Part shown: positions 13,153-26,980 of the stretch, in pieces
How the letters are laid out: every line of letters starts with the position of its first letter
Position numbering within the stretch: the stretch's first letter is position 1
Assembly: GCF_006345805.1 (NCBI RefSeq)
Contig: NC_043011.1
Span: forward strand, 11,842,001 to 11,906,000
Source of the DNA: Octopus sinensis
Lineage: Eukaryota
Reading direction: 5' to 3'
DNA: 64,000 bases
Program-made: the position numbers and the translations under genes
The notes under the pieces: model-generated
Seen by the model: only the letters and a program-made list of their open reading frames with translations
Told to the model about the DNA's origin: nothing
The model's database searches: none

Positions 13153-13695
13153 CATACACACACACACACACGGACATTAACTATTCAAAGATAAACAAAT
13201 ATCCATTTGGCCCTTTATTGTGGTACAGAATCAATTGAAAATAACTGGCATATTCAGCTGAGATCTTTGCTGCTAATGGTACCAACTTCCGGTAAATTCT
13301 AAGACACAGTACGCAGTAATGTATAATACATAACAGAAACTAAAAAACGTGTGTTTGTGTGTGTGTGTACGCCCGTTTGTTGATATTCAAAGTTCTCTTT
13401 ATTCTTGATGATCAACTTTTAAGAAGAATAAACAAAACTAAGATGCTTTTAAAATGTTTTAGAAAATTCATTGTACAAACAGTGTTCAATGGAAGTTGCG
13501 TGTTTCAGGTGGAGCAGCAGTGAAAAATATTCCTCGCCCAACAATATCACTGTCTCGATGTATCCGTCACCTTTAAATTGAGAACCACAACACATTTATT
13601 CGACAATTTCGTTAATTCCTACTATTTTCGGATGTTTGACTACACAAGGAAACAACTTTCTCTCTCTCCGTCTTTCTCTTCCCCCTCTCTCTTTC

Positions 13696-13755
<60 letters not shown>

Positions 13756-13782
13756 ACTGTTTGTCTATCTATCTATCTATCC

Positions 13783-13849
<67 letters not shown>

Positions 13850-13878
13850 CATCTATCTATCTAGCTATCCATCTATCC

Positions 13879-13922
<44 letters not shown>
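13696..13922. repeat. (TATC)n microsatellite
   Basis: Direct reading. Confidence 0.95.
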
Positions 13923-14558
13923 CACTCACTCTCTTTCTCTTTCTCTCTCACACGCACACACACGCATTCACACACGCACGCACACACACACACATACACA
14001 CAAACGTATACATACTTTCTCTCTCACACACACGCGCACACAAATTCTCACTCTTTGCCGCTCTCTCTCTTTCTCACACCCGCACACACACACACATACA
14101 CATCGTAACACAAACATTACAGACGCATGCGCAGACATACACAGAGCTACAGACACTCATATATACACGCGCGCATACACATTCTCTTTCTCTGTCTCTC
14201 TCTCTCTCTCTTTCTCCCTTCACTCACGCTCTCTCTCTCTCTCTTTTTCTCCCTTCACTCACGCTCTCTCTCTCTCTCTCTCACACACACACAGATACAC
14301 ATACAGACACGCACACACACATGTTCGCGCAGACGATCGCACACACGCTTGCACACTGTAGACGGCACGCACGGGCACGAATTTGTTAAAATACATTTGT
14401 AAATAAACATTGCTCGAGCTATCTACCGCAGCCAGATTTGAACAGATGTATATTTTGGCTGTGGTAAATTGGCTGCGGTAAACCCGAACTTGCTTGAAAT
14501 AACGATTTACTCAATTTTCCGTATCAAATAAATAGCATATTTGTCATTAGTGTTATTT

Positions 14559-14769
14559 GAGCTGGCAGAATCGTTAGCACACCAGACGAAATGCTTAGAG
14601 GTATTTCGTCCGCTGCTACGTTCTGAGTTCAAATTCCGCCGAGGTCAACTTTGCCTTTCATCCTTTCGGGGTCGATTAAATAAGTACCAGTTACTCACTG
14701 GGGTCAATGTAATCGACTTAATCCGTTTGTCCCCTCTGTGTTTAGCCCCTTGTGGGCAATAAAGAAATA
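14559..14769 (+). mobile_element. tRNA-derived SINE, family B, with Tx1-like 3' tail
   Basis: Head GAGCTGGCAGAATCG/GAGTTCAAATTCC; central CCTTTCATCCTTTCGGGGTCGAT; tail 35/44 identical to the 3' end of the LINE at 49213-49256. Confidence 0.8.
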
Positions 14770-14796
14770 GGTATTTCGCTCGTCGCTGCGTTCACT

Positions 14797-15222
14797 GGAT
14801 CTTTTCGGTTTGAACGGCAGTTTTTAAAAATAATTTTCACGTAACTAAACACTTTTAAACTTCGTATACTGGTAGAATGTGTTTATAAAACATCTTTTTC
14901 TCTTGGCTTTATTGAGAAAATTCTATAGTTTGTAAGATATTTGTTGTTTTTTTCAAACCAATCAATGATGTCTATTGAGGTGAAAACACTCTGTGCCGTA
15001 TTGAATATGTCCCTCGTTTAAGAAACAGATTGGGTTTATTTACTTTTGTGAAGAAAAAAAGATACCCTTCCCTCCACCCCTAACCCTAACCCTAACTAAC
15101 CGTAGCTAACCCTAACCCTAAAACAGATTGAAATGCAATAGATCGATACTATGGTCATAATTATGGGTGACAATTTCATATGACACCGCTAGAAAAAACT
15201 GCCGTTCAAACCGAAAAGATCC
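14797..15222 (+). mobile_element. MITE, Merlin-like, copy 3
   Basis: TIRs; perfect 8-bp TSD CGTTCACT. Confidence 0.95.
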
Positions 15223-15230
15223 CGTTCACT

Positions 15231-16700
15231 TTTGAATCCAATATTTTTCTCAATTGCCGCACTCTGTCTTTTCTTTCATATTATGCCTAATTCCATCTAC
15301 CTCAAGTATTCCCAGTTTTTTTTTTATATCTGGATTCTTGTTCAATTGCCTTCATCATATCACCACTTGGCATACACATACCTCCTGTTGTAACAAGCTT
15401 TCCTCTTCTCATCGCCATCAATATCAAGACTCCGTCTTGATATCATTTGAGAAAATCCGCACAGACTGGAGGAGACTGTCCAGTTCTGCCTCACTTTTTT
15501 GCGAACAACTTCAAGTTATCCATGAATAGCATGTGGTTAAATTTTCCTTTACCACTTCCCAGATCGTACCCCAGCTTTGTTTTCTGTTGTATTTCCTTCA
15601 AGGGTATCTAAGTATCCATACAGTTCACCGGTCAAAAATACCTAACAATAGTTTCCACATCAACGGAAGACGCATTATTGGTCGAAAGTTGGATATAATA
15701 TTACCCTTTTCCTGATCCATGGCGCATAGCAATGTCTTTCAGTTTGTCATTCATCTGGGTACTGAGCCTTCCTGCAAGAACTTATCCAGCTGTCCTGTTT
15801 TCCTTTCATGGAACCCTCTCAGCTTCTTCATTTAATGACCTTGGATACCAATTTGGGATTTTCTTTAACTGTCTTTTTATTATTTCGTTAGTTACTTTAA
15901 GTTGTCTTGTATATTTCTTAACCTCTCTTGGATTTCATGCAGTCACTCCGCTTCGTCATTATACATTACAGGTTGGTCTTAGATTCCTCCACAATATGCC
16001 CTGCTTTCATTTGCATCTTGTATCAATGTTACGTGTAATTGTCCATCTGGTTCCTTTAACAGTTTTTTTTCTTATTTGCTTCAGTCTGTTCTTTTCTGTT
16101 TCTGTTTTTAGCTTGCACCTATCAACGTACCTCAGGTTGTTGGTGATGGTGGTGGACTTCTCTAATATATCTGCACATCACCCTCACTATATTTTGTTGC
16201 TCATCATCGTTTTTTTTTTGCAACACAGCTTTTCCCATTATTTCTGCTTCCTTTGCTAGCAATGCATTTACGTTTACACTTTGTCCCATATCTTCGCTAT
16301 CACCATTCATTCCTCTGTCCTCGCATCCTTAAGCTTTTTTCCCATCCCTTTTCTACTCACGCTAGCCAAACATTCTACCTTCTCTTTTTCATTCTGCCTT
16401 TCTCGTGCTCTCTTCTTTTAACCTTTTTCCATTTAATTTTTCATCCTTTCTTCTCTTTAACTCATTTGCTTCTATCACTTTTCTCACCCATCCACATATT
16501 TCCCTGTTAACCACCTCAGTTGTAGTCATCCAAGTTCAATCTTCCGTTGGTAACAGCTGTTACAATACGATTGTCTCTTGGTAGCGAGTCAACTAACACC
16601 GATAAATTCTGGTGTGGTTCACTTACATTTCCACCTTGTTTACTCGGGATGGAGATGCCCAGAGTCCCTGCCCATTTTCTTTCAGTTCTGGGCATATTTT
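15231..16700 (-). mobile_element. Heavily degraded R4/Dong-like fragment (pre-RT and RT N-terminus)
   Basis: Translated remnants QLKKIPNW, NFRPIMRLPLMWKLLG resemble the element at 4012-6708; many stops. Confidence 0.6.
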
Positions 16701-17589
16701 GACCACATGTTCTTTTTGTTGAAGAAGTAGATGTTCTGGTTTTCTATTGAAACAAAAGAATGAAAAAAAAAAAAAAAATTTTCATCTCAGTGCTGATGAA
16801 AATAAAAATAGAATAGATGGAAAAAATTATCTCAGTCGAACAGTGTAGAAGCAGATTGGTTTTCCTTACAATTCATTTTTAACACATTTTCGTCTGACAT
16901 TTTTTTTTCTTTTTTCCGCTATTTTACTTCTATGTGTCGGTACACTACCCATACGTAATAGCTGGGGCAAATATGGCATCGTTGCCAGCGGATATTATTG
17001 ATAGCAATCAAAACAAAAAAGGTGACTTGTCAGAAGCGCGACGAAACGAAGAAAATGTGAGAAGTTTATAAAAAATATATATATAAAAAAGAAAGATAAA
17101 CAAAAAAGAAAAGACATCGAAACAAAACAAAAGTGTATAGAGAAGAGAAGCAAACAGGCAGAAAGGTGAAAGAAATAATCTTAAAATAAAAGTGATGACA
17201 TGAGAAAACAATTTACTAATAACAAATGAATGAATAAATGAATAGATAAAACGCTCAATGTTCTTATTCTAAATGTTTGTGAATTTAGGAGGAAGATAGA
17301 GAGAAATTTATAGCGTGAATGTGAGAGGAAGAAGACTTAGAGATACAGACGCTAAGTAGCCGAACACTGGTTGCAGAAGATATTTACATACTTCGCTGTA
17401 TCGTCTGCTTTCTATCAATGGCGTAATCCGATCACAACCGAAAAAGGTTTTAGTTTCTACTGCTTTTCATTTCCTTCAGTTCTCAATTCATTTGTTTCTT
17501 TAGTTGGGTTTTGTGTTAGATAAATATGAAGTAAATTCTTTTAAATATTTCTAAACAGCACACATAAAATATATGTGTGTGTGTGTGCG

Positions 17590-17730
17590 TGTGTGTATTT
17601 ATATTTGTTTGTCTGTGTTTCTCCCCCACCATCGCTTGACAACCGATGTTGGTGTGTTTACGTCCCCGTAAATTAGCGGTTCGGCTAATAGAATAAATAC
17701 TAGGCTTACAAGTAAAGAATAAAAGAATAT
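17590..17730 (+). mobile_element. SINE family A, 3' fragment
   Basis: CATCGCTTGACAACCGATG...TACTAGGCTTACAA. Confidence 0.7.
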
Positions 17731-18353
17731 ACATTCTATAGTAACTGAACTTTTCTTTCTACATTTACCTATGCTTGCATACTCCGTAAGTTCAAGAATA
17801 TGAATGGGTCAGTATGCATGTATGTATGTATGTATGTATGTATGTATGTATGTATGTATGTATGTATGTATGTATGTATGTATGTATGTATGTATGTATA
17901 CGTGTCTACACTTAAATATGTGTATACGCACAGCAATTATTCCTTTAAATGTGTGTATATGAATTTAACTTTCTTTTAATTAAATTTTCCTTAACATGAA
18001 AAACAAGGCAAGTACGCTAATGTCAATATCCATATGTATCACTATATCTATATGTTTACGTGTTGGTGTATGTGTGTGTATGAGCGTGTGTGTCTGTGTG
18101 TGTGTACGTGCGTGTTGTTTGTGCGCGCGTGCATATATGAATGTGACGACTGATAGTTAACCTCTAAATAGTTAAAGACTAAGCCTAATGTTCAGACATA
18201 TGTTTATTTAACCAATTCAATGAAATGCCTCATATAAAGTCATAAAGCAATAACATTTATTTATCGAGACAAACGGCTATAAGATTTTGTTGTCGGTATC
18301 AGACATGACAACCAAATGATAATTAATTATCATGCCTGATCTAAAAAATCGTT

Positions 18354-18781
18354 GGATCTTTTCGGTTTGAACGGCAGTTTATTTCTAGCGGTGTCATATG
18401 AAATTGTTACCCATAATTATGACCATAGTATCGATCTATTGCATTTCAATCTGTTTTAGGATTAGGGTTGGTTAGGGTTAGGGGTGGGGGAAAGGTATCT
18501 TTTTTTCTTCACAAAAGTAAATAAACCCAATCTGTTTCTTAAACGAGGGACATATTCATACGGCACAGAATGTTTTTTTACCTCAATAAATGTCAGTGAT
18601 TGGTTGAAATTGCAGAAATTTAAGAAAAAAAACAACAAATATCTTACAAACTATAGAATTTTCTCAATAAAGCCAAGAGAAAAAGATGTTTTATAAACAC
18701 ATTCTACCAATATACGAAGTTTAAAATGTTTTAGTTACCTAGAAATTATGTTAAAAACTGCCATTCAAACCGAAAAGATCC
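18354..18781 (-). mobile_element. MITE, Merlin-like, copy 4
   Basis: TIRs; TSD AAATCGTT/AAATAGTT (7/8). Confidence 0.9.
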
Positions 18782-19293
18782 AAATAGTTTTCCTTGACTA
18801 ATTAAATTATTGGTACTGATTCATTTCTATTATGTTACTGTGGTTATGTGAACACACTCAAATAGGAATGCATATATATGTGTTCATTGTTCTTTAATGT
18901 CAATTCAAAATATTATTTTATACTCATTTCTGAAGAACTTTACTTAACATTTATTATTATGGTTAACTTGAATAACACATGGTAAGTAGTCGATAGCTGC
19001 AGTCTCCGTATATCAAATTCATTCATAAGACATAATTTCAGCTGAATACAGGTTTTCCACTTTCGATATGACGTGAATCTTTGTTATGTGTATATAAACC
19101 ATGCAGAAACGGTCTCTAAATGAGGAAAGTTTCACTCAACCCGGTCATTACACGCGCACACACACATACGTGCATACAGATACATATATACGAGTGGAAG
19201 TCAAAAATTATCCGCAATTTCATATAGTATTGCTTACATGTGACCATCGTCCATCTTTCTTTTCCTGCACGGACGTTCAAAACAACAGACGTG

Positions 19294-19358
<65 letters not shown>

Positions 19359-19767
19359 ATCTTTTCTCTTTAAAAAACACGTTTCTCCCAGCGCTCACTA
19401 TTTTCCTGTCGTTCTGTTCTAACGACTCTCCATGTTTGTATACGTTCGATTTCCTTGTATGTCTCCACTGTCACTTTTTTGTTCCCAACTTTGACCCTCC
19501 ATAAATCCTAAATTTCATTTTAGAATTTATGGTAGCAACTGTCTTTGAAGACTCATATTGTCGTTGAATGCTCGAAATGAGGGGTAGACAGCCGACAACT
19601 GATGAAGGGTCCTTTCTCTTTGTTTACTTGTCTTGTTTTCCCTTTTTATCTCCTTGTTTACGTATTTAACTCGTTTGTTTACGCATTTAATGCTATTTGC
19701 ACCGTTGGTGACGTCGTGTACCCATATATGCATGTGTTTATATTATATATATATATATATATATATC

Positions 19768-20040
19768 GTAAAGTATACTAGCCATCTCAATATGGCTAAC
19801 CACTAAGGGTGGGTGTTACTGTAGCTTTTAGCCCTAGGAGATCATCGTCTCCAGCTGGCTTTAGGCACACTTTCTGTGCCCTTATGGTATTTGCAAAGGG
19901 AGGTCATCCCTCTCTCATAAACCTAAGCGATACGCACGGACTACAGTTTCGAGGTATTTGCCTCTTGTCAACATACGGTAATCACCGGTTTTCGATGAAG
20001 GGAGACCTGTTTGCATCTCGTTCAGAGATTTATTACTGCT
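19768..20040 (+). mobile_element. Unclassified short repeat with subterminal hairpin TAGCCATCTCAATATGGCTA
   Basis: Both ends match the 86-bp insert at 58929-59014 in reverse complement. Confidence 0.45.
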
Positions 20041-20839
20041 TGCAGACAGTTTTTCGAAATCAGTGACAGTAGTTACTAAATCTTATTTAGCTGTTATTTT
20101 TAGCACGAAAGTTCTCCGGCCATTTCCTTTCATGTAAATAAATGTTTATGTTAGTTTAAAAGAGAAAAACATGAATATGTCTGTGGCTTACGATTGACTA
20201 AAATTACCAAAATTTTAAAAACTTTAATTACTAATAACTCTTTATTTATTGATTTATAGCGAAAATTACTTTCACTTCATTAATTAGCCTATAAAAGTGT
20301 ATCATTACACTGAATATGAAATCAATTCGAACAGAAAATTGATGTTGGCAACCAAACAGAAAAGATCGCCCCACCAAAAAAAAAATAGTCACGAAAATGT
20401 GAGTACTAAAAAATTTCGCTGAGTACTATTATTTTATTAATAGTAAATCATAGATCTATTTATGAAAAATAAAAAAATGTAAGCATTTTCAGGATGTTGA
20501 CGATAAAATGTGCAGTTACGCACAAAATGGCAGTTTCCAAATCGTGTTCCTTGATTGGGTGAAGATGATCAAACTTTAAACCTAACCTCTATACCATTTT
20601 TAAAGCATTTTTCTGGGGAAAATGAAATAACTCCAGTTTGGGCAAGTGTGTTACTGCGCCAACGTCGGAATATCAAGTGAACATCGAAGGATCAAAACGA
20701 AGAAGGAAGAAATATTATTTACACATATCTATTTACTACCGACAGGTAGTTAGAGGCAGTAGTACTTACAGTGATAGCGAAATTTTTTTCGATAGTGACA
20801 AAAAGGTTGCTGTCTGCCAGTAGAGAGGAAAAGAGTAAG

Positions 20840-21720
20840 GAATGCACGGTGCTGTCTAGAAAGGAAGAAAGGATAAAGATGGCTCTGCTCTGATTGACTG
20901 GATGCAAATGAGTTCGTTACTGGGGTCCAGAACTCTCGTGGGAAAAACATTTTAGCTGCCCAGACACTGAACGGTTTTGTCACTCTGCACGCAACTCAGA
21001 CAATCTCGTATCACAGCACATCCGTGCCTATAGAGTTTATCTCAAACCGTTAGCACCCCCCACTCCTCCTATAGCACTGCTAGGCTAAGGACATCGGGAA
21101 ATTATCCATGTTAGTCCCCGACCGGAAAGTCCTCCGAAATAGACTAGCCATTTTGCTTTTGTCGATGCCCAAAGCTTCGCTAAGAACGTCGTCGCACTTT
21201 CTCACCACTAATCCTCTATATATTGCTAAAGTGGAACATCCACCGATTGGTAGAGGACTGTGAGCGCCTGATAACATTCTAGGTGCCAGGCGTCCGGTGT
21301 CGGTCTATCCTTTACCCAGGACTGCAGCTCCGTCAAAGGGACGAGCTGCAGAAAGACGTGATTCACAAATGGAGGCCACACACGAATACCGTCTAGAAAT
21401 CGTTGCAGGTGGCCCAATCTATGTGCATGTCTGCGCATCAGAAACCACAGCATGTCTAAGCAGCTATGCAGAGGGCATTGAGAGCAAAACTGACCACCTG
21501 ACCATTGGAACGCATCCCTTCCACGAGAAAATAAAAGAGGCGCCAATCGGATGAATGCGTGTATGTAATATGGATGTAGGTCTATATCAGAGAGAATATA
21601 CCCCCCACTCTTCCCTTTACAAATATAAACAACCCTATAGCAAGCAAACATACACAAGCACAGACATACGTATTTAGACGCTAATTGACGGTTAGCTCCA
21701 TAAGGATTGTTTGGTTCCGT
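20840..21720 (-). mobile_element. Degraded L1/Tx1-type ORF2 C-terminal fragment
   Basis: FLQLVPLTELQSWVKDRP..WHLECYQAL and YRGLV..DDVL align by eye to the 49.6-50.4 kb protein. Confidence 0.75.
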
Positions 21721-22245
21721 GTACGCAACACCCGGTGTCACTATCGCCGCCTTAATCTGCGATATTATAGGCAATCGTACATTGCTTCCAGACTATTTAC
21801 TTGGGCCTACAAAATATAAAAACAAAACAGGGAGAAAAGAAAAAAAACTACACAAATTGACTGAACTCCTTCTTTTTGAACTCCCCTTTGTCTCTTCTCT
21901 TTTCGTTATTATTTCTAATTCTCTCTAAAATATATCTGTATATACACACCTACGTAGTAACACACGCTCGCGCAACGTCTACACATTAACACTCAACAAA
22001 TATATAGAGACGTACACATTGATTTGCGTTTCCGACCGGGCTTCTGTTGAAGCTGAATCTATGCCGGCCTAAACTTCATTCTTCAGAACAATCCGATTCA
22101 CATAAAACATATGCTGCTAACAGATGGCAGCAGTGTTTCCTATGATTTAATCACGTGTTGGACAAATTTAAGTCTGTTGCAGCTTCACATTGGATGAAAG
22201 GAGCTGCGCGCCTAATGGAATGGTCTTTTATACCGCGGGAACCAA

Positions 22246-22294
<49 letters not shown>

Positions 22295-22841
22295 TGTGTG
22301 TGCATGTGCGTGCGTTCATTTGCGTGTGTGCATGCATGCGTGTGTGTGTTGGTGTGATGTGCACAAATGTTTATGTATATGTGTGTGTATGTATGTGTAT
22401 GTGCATGTGTATGTATGTGTGTGTGCATGTGTGTGTGTGTGTGCATATGTTTGTGTGTGTGTGTGTGTGTGTATGTGTGTGTGTGTGTGTGAATAGAGAA
22501 AATGTATTGGGGTCGATGTGTTCGACTAACATCCTCTCAACGCTGTGCTCCAGCATAGCTGCAGTTTAATGACTAAATTTATTAAAACAAAGATGATAAA
22601 AATTCAGCCGTTTTCGTTTGTTTAAAGATATTAATTAATGATGTTATGATTTCATTATTTCACAAGTTGGTGACGTTGTCACTTCAGAAATATACGTGGA
22701 TAGTAAAAGGGGAGTTAATGAGTAATTACCATTAATAATAATTGAGGAGGTAATAAGAGAAGTATTCATGTCATCCAATTCAGAATATTAATAAATATTA
22801 ATGTAATTAAAATTAATATTGTTGACGTCATAACAAATTTC

Positions 22842-23120
22842 GGATGTTTTCGGTTTGAACGGCAGTTTTTAACATAATTCCTAGGAAACTAAAAAAATTT
22901 GAACTTCGTATACTGGTAGAATGTGTTTATAAAACATCTTTTTCTCTTGGCAGATTGAGTTTATTTACATTTGTGAAGAAAAATAGATACCCTTGCCCCA
23001 CCCCTAACCCTAACCCTAAAACAGATTGAAATGCAATAGATCGATACTAGGGTCATAATTATGGGTGACAATTTCATATGACACCGCTAGAAAAAACTGC
23101 CGTTCAAGCCGAAAAGATCC
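22842..23120 (+). mobile_element. MITE, Merlin-like, internally deleted copy 5
   Basis: TIRs; perfect TSD CAAATTTC. Confidence 0.9.
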
Positions 23121-23297
23121 CAAATTTCATAAACTTGCGAGAGAATGTGAGATATTTTTTCTTATTCTCTCAGTTTTACTTTGAATGGTGGATAGCACAT
23201 GAAGCTATAAATAATTCGTTCTAATTTTTGAACAAGGGCAACATGAAGCTATAGATAATAGTGAGTTTAACAAATCACTTTAGATAGAAAAAAGTTG

Positions 23298-23743
23298 GGA
23301 TCTTTTCGGTTTGAACGGCAGTTTTTTCTAGCGGTGTCATATGAAATTGTCACCCATAATTATGACCCTAGTATCGATCTATTGCATTTCAATCTGTTTT
23401 AGGGTTAGGGTTAGAGTTTGGGTTAGTTAGGGTTAGGGTTAGGGGTGGGGGAAAAGGGTATCTTTTTTTCTTCACAAATGTAAACAAACCCAATCTGTTT
23501 CTTAAACGAGGGACATATTCATACGGCACAGAATGCTTTCACCTCAATAGACGTCAGTGATTGGTTGAAATTGCAGAAATTGAAGAAAAAAAAACAACAA
23601 ATATCTTACAAACCATAGAATTTTCTCAAGAAAGCCAAGAGAAAAAGATGTTTTATAAACACATTCTACCAGTATATGAAGTTTAACATTTTTTAGTTAC
23701 CTAGAAATTATGTTAAAAACTGCCGTTCAAACCGAAAAGATCC
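23298..23743 (-). mobile_element. MITE, Merlin-like, copy 6
   Basis: TIRs; flanks AAAAGTTG/AAAAGTAA (6/8). Confidence 0.9.
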
Positions 23744-23779
23744 AAAAGTAACTGTTAGCACAAAAGGCATAAACAATGT

Positions 23780-24505
23780 TCTTAGGACGATATTTCCACT
23801 GTGACAGACAGGTCTTGTTGAGTACAGTGAATCGTTGGTCATCTCAGTCCTTTATCATCTCCTCCGTGAGGCTTAGCATCTTGAGATCAGCCTTCTCTAC
23901 TTTGTCCAGTGTTTATCTGGGTCTTCCTCTTTCACAAGTTCCACCCATTTTAAGGGGCCCTCACTTCTTTATACAACTGTCCTCATCCATATACCTCACA
24001 TAACCAAACCAGTACAATCTTATCTCTTGCACTTTACATTTACACATTGTTTTACATGCACACTAATATTACGCCTCCCGCGGAGCATTCTAACTTCATT
24101 TCTCTCCGAATTTTGTATGTCATCTACATTCAAATCCCACGTCTCACCACCATGTTACATTACTGTTTGAATACAAGCATCATACAAGCTGCCCTTTACT
24201 CTGAGAGAGAACTATTTTGTAGCCAGTAGAAGTAACAGCTCTTTAAACCTTCTCCTCCATCCTATCGATGAATGCCATCTACAAAGGCTTACTTTGAGCT
24301 AAATACTTCAACAAGTGTATTAGTAGGATACTTGACATGAGTAGTACTTTTCCCTGACACACAACTAAACTGCATCTTATATACACAAACTGTGTTCTTA
24401 ATCGACTAGTTTAAAACTACTTTACCCTTGTAACAGCAAACTATATGCTGTTACATCAGCCATTGTCTAATTTAGCACAGACGTTCCCAGATATCGCTCG
24501 TCAGA
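23780..24505 (-). mobile_element. Degraded RTE-type LINE 3' fragment
   Basis: GRPR-containing C-terminal remnant on the minus strand; many lesions. Confidence 0.4.
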
Positions 24506-24513
24506 TCCTTGAG

Positions 24514-24558
<45 letters not shown>

Positions 24559-24700
24559 TGTGTGTGTCTGTGTGTGTATTAAAAAGTTTTTGTAAAAATT
24601 ACTTGTTACAATAATTAGAATTTTTTTAAAGTTAACTATTTAAAGGAATTTCTTTTATTTAATAGAATGTCCCTAAACTTCGAGGAGTAAGTTCGTACTT

Positions 24701-24740
24701 TGTATGTATGTATGTATGTATGTATGTATGTATGTATGTA

Positions 24741-24771
<31 letters not shown>

Positions 24772-24920
24772 GTATGTATGTATGTATGTATGTATGTGTG
24801 TGTATGTATGTATGTATGTATGTATGTATGTATGTATGTATGTATGTATGTGTGTATGTATGTATGTGTGTATGTATGTATGTATGTATGTGTGTATGTA
24901 AGTATGTATGTATGTATGTT
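24701..24920. repeat. (TATG)n microsatellite
   Basis: Direct reading. Confidence 0.95.
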
Positions 24921-24956
24921 TGTACATACGAATGTATGCATATACATATAATATAT

Positions 24957-25170
24957 TTTTTCACTTGTTTCAGTCATTTGACTGCAACAATACTGGAGCA
25001 CCGCACCACTTTGAAAGATTTTAGTCAAACAAATCGATCCCAGGACTTATTTTTTAAGCCTAGTACACTTTCTCTCGGTCTCTTTTGCCGAACCATTAGC
25101 TTACGGGGACATTAACATGCCAACTGCGGTTGTCAAGCGATGGTGGGGGAACAAACACACACATATATAT
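24957..25170 (-). mobile_element. SINE family A, 3' half
   Basis: Matches 1514-1720. Confidence 0.7.
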
Positions 25171-25208
25171 ATTTGTGTGTGTGTGTGTGTGTATCTGTGT
25201 GTGAATGT

Positions 25209-25261
<53 letters not shown>

Positions 25262-26205
25262 TGTGTGTGTGTATGTGTGTGCACGCGCGCGCGTGTATGT
25301 ATAATAATAAAGGGTAAAAATCATTATTGATTTTTCATTTTTACCAGGTTGTCAGCGCAGAAAAATACCTCATAAATAAATTTTACTAATATTTTATAAT
25401 CATGCATATAATTATAAAAATATTTATAATTTATATATCTCTTATTATAAAAGTCTCTTATATATCTCAGATTTTATCTGCCTCCCTTTGGGAGTTATAC
25501 AAATCTACAATATAGGATTTCTTCAATTACAATTTACCTAGCATTTTTAAGAGTACAACGCATCGCGTCATGCCAGGTCCAGTTTTTAAAATTTAAACTC
25601 CAATTAAGCAAAATTTACAGAAAACTCATATTCTGGTGTGTGTGTCAAATGCTTTTCTTAGTCTGGTTTACACCACACGCAAACGCACACACACAGTGGG
25701 CAACGAATAAAGTGAAACTAGATGTAATATTTGTTTCTCTCTATCATGCTGATAGATACATGAGTAAAATGTATGGGAAGCTAACAGATAACAGTGAGTG
25801 AAAATGTTCTTGGAAGAGAGTAAATTAGCGACAGTATGAAACAGTGTTTATGTATAAACAGACGACACTTATATAAACCCTTTTGTTACCAAACCGCCCG
25901 AATTTACCTATTCATATTTAAATGAGAATATCAGAGTAAATCTCTTTAGTACATTCGTGAAAACACGTATTATACTTCGTAAACACTTCAAATACAGTTT
26001 TGTACAAAAATCGAAGTGTAATTTTAATTCCGTGAATTATGGGAGATTTTTTTCCGAAATTTGTTCCTATTGTGTTTTCAAAATTTGTAATTCTGACAAA
26101 AAATGGATACGAATTTCACTATATCAAGCAGCGAGTCAGAATTCGAAGGATTTTCTACTGAAGACCTTCATAAATCTAACTCTATGACTGAAAAAAAAAA
26201 AAGCA

Positions 26206-26600
26206 TCTTTATATAAGAGTGAAGTTGTGTGTCTGTCCCGTTCGATTTAGATTCGTAACTACTCCCACATTTTGCGGTGCAGTTTAACCAAAAGCGGGTA
26301 TCTTATAGTCGTGATTCATATCGAGCCCTTCTGGGTATTAGCGCGCGTCTACGATGAGTCTACGATTAAAAAAAAATTTACCATCATATTTTTCCATTTT
26401 AATCCATTTTTTTCGCTTTTATATAAGGGAAGTAACTCTCTAAAAATATCTACGATGTGTCAACGATTTAAAAAAAAAATTTACCTTAATTTTTTTTCAA
26501 TTTTTAATGCATTTTTTTGCTATTTTTTGGCTATAACTCTCTGAAAATGCTTATATAGTTATTTCCCTTACAACCCGAGCAACGCCGGGCGATACTGCTA

Positions 26601-26601
<1 letters not shown>
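26206..26601 (+). mobile_element. Non-autonomous Helitron
   Basis: A|TC 5' end; 3' hairpin CCCGAGCAACGCCGGG then CTAG|T; paralogous to 58694-59080. Confidence 0.8.
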
Positions 26602-26631
<30 letters not shown>

Positions 26632-26632
<1 letters not shown>

Positions 26633-26980
26633 TAGCAGTATCGCCCGGCGTTGCTCAGGTTTGTAAGGGAAATAACTATAAAGCATTTTTAGAGAGTTAT
26701 AGCCAAAAAATGGAAAAAAATGATGGTAAATTTTTTTTGAGAGTAAAAAAAGGTGGAGTTGCGTCCCCTAGACGGTTTGTGTTTCTGATTCTCGACCCCA
26801 TGTCGAATTTATCGATTTTTTTCAGAACTGGGGGAACTTTTCAAAATTTTCGCTGCGTTAGTTTTGAATTATGACATTGGGCTATGTGTGTGTCAAGTTT
26901 CATCAGAATCGGTTGAAAGCCGTGGTCAGGGTGAGGGTACAAGCAAACAGACACACAGAAACACGCACAGACAAACTGCC

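Noticed and set aside
19597-19625. CTGATGA followed by a short hairpin, as a hammerhead
   Set aside because: No downstream GAAA/UH core or stem I.
19620-19720. Three TGTTTAC forkhead-like motifs plus TGACGTC
   Set aside because: Short motifs in AT-rich DNA; no independent evidence for an enhancer.
25875-26190. piggyBac-like start (AACCCTTTTGTTACC)
   Set aside because: No TTAA target and no matching right end seen.
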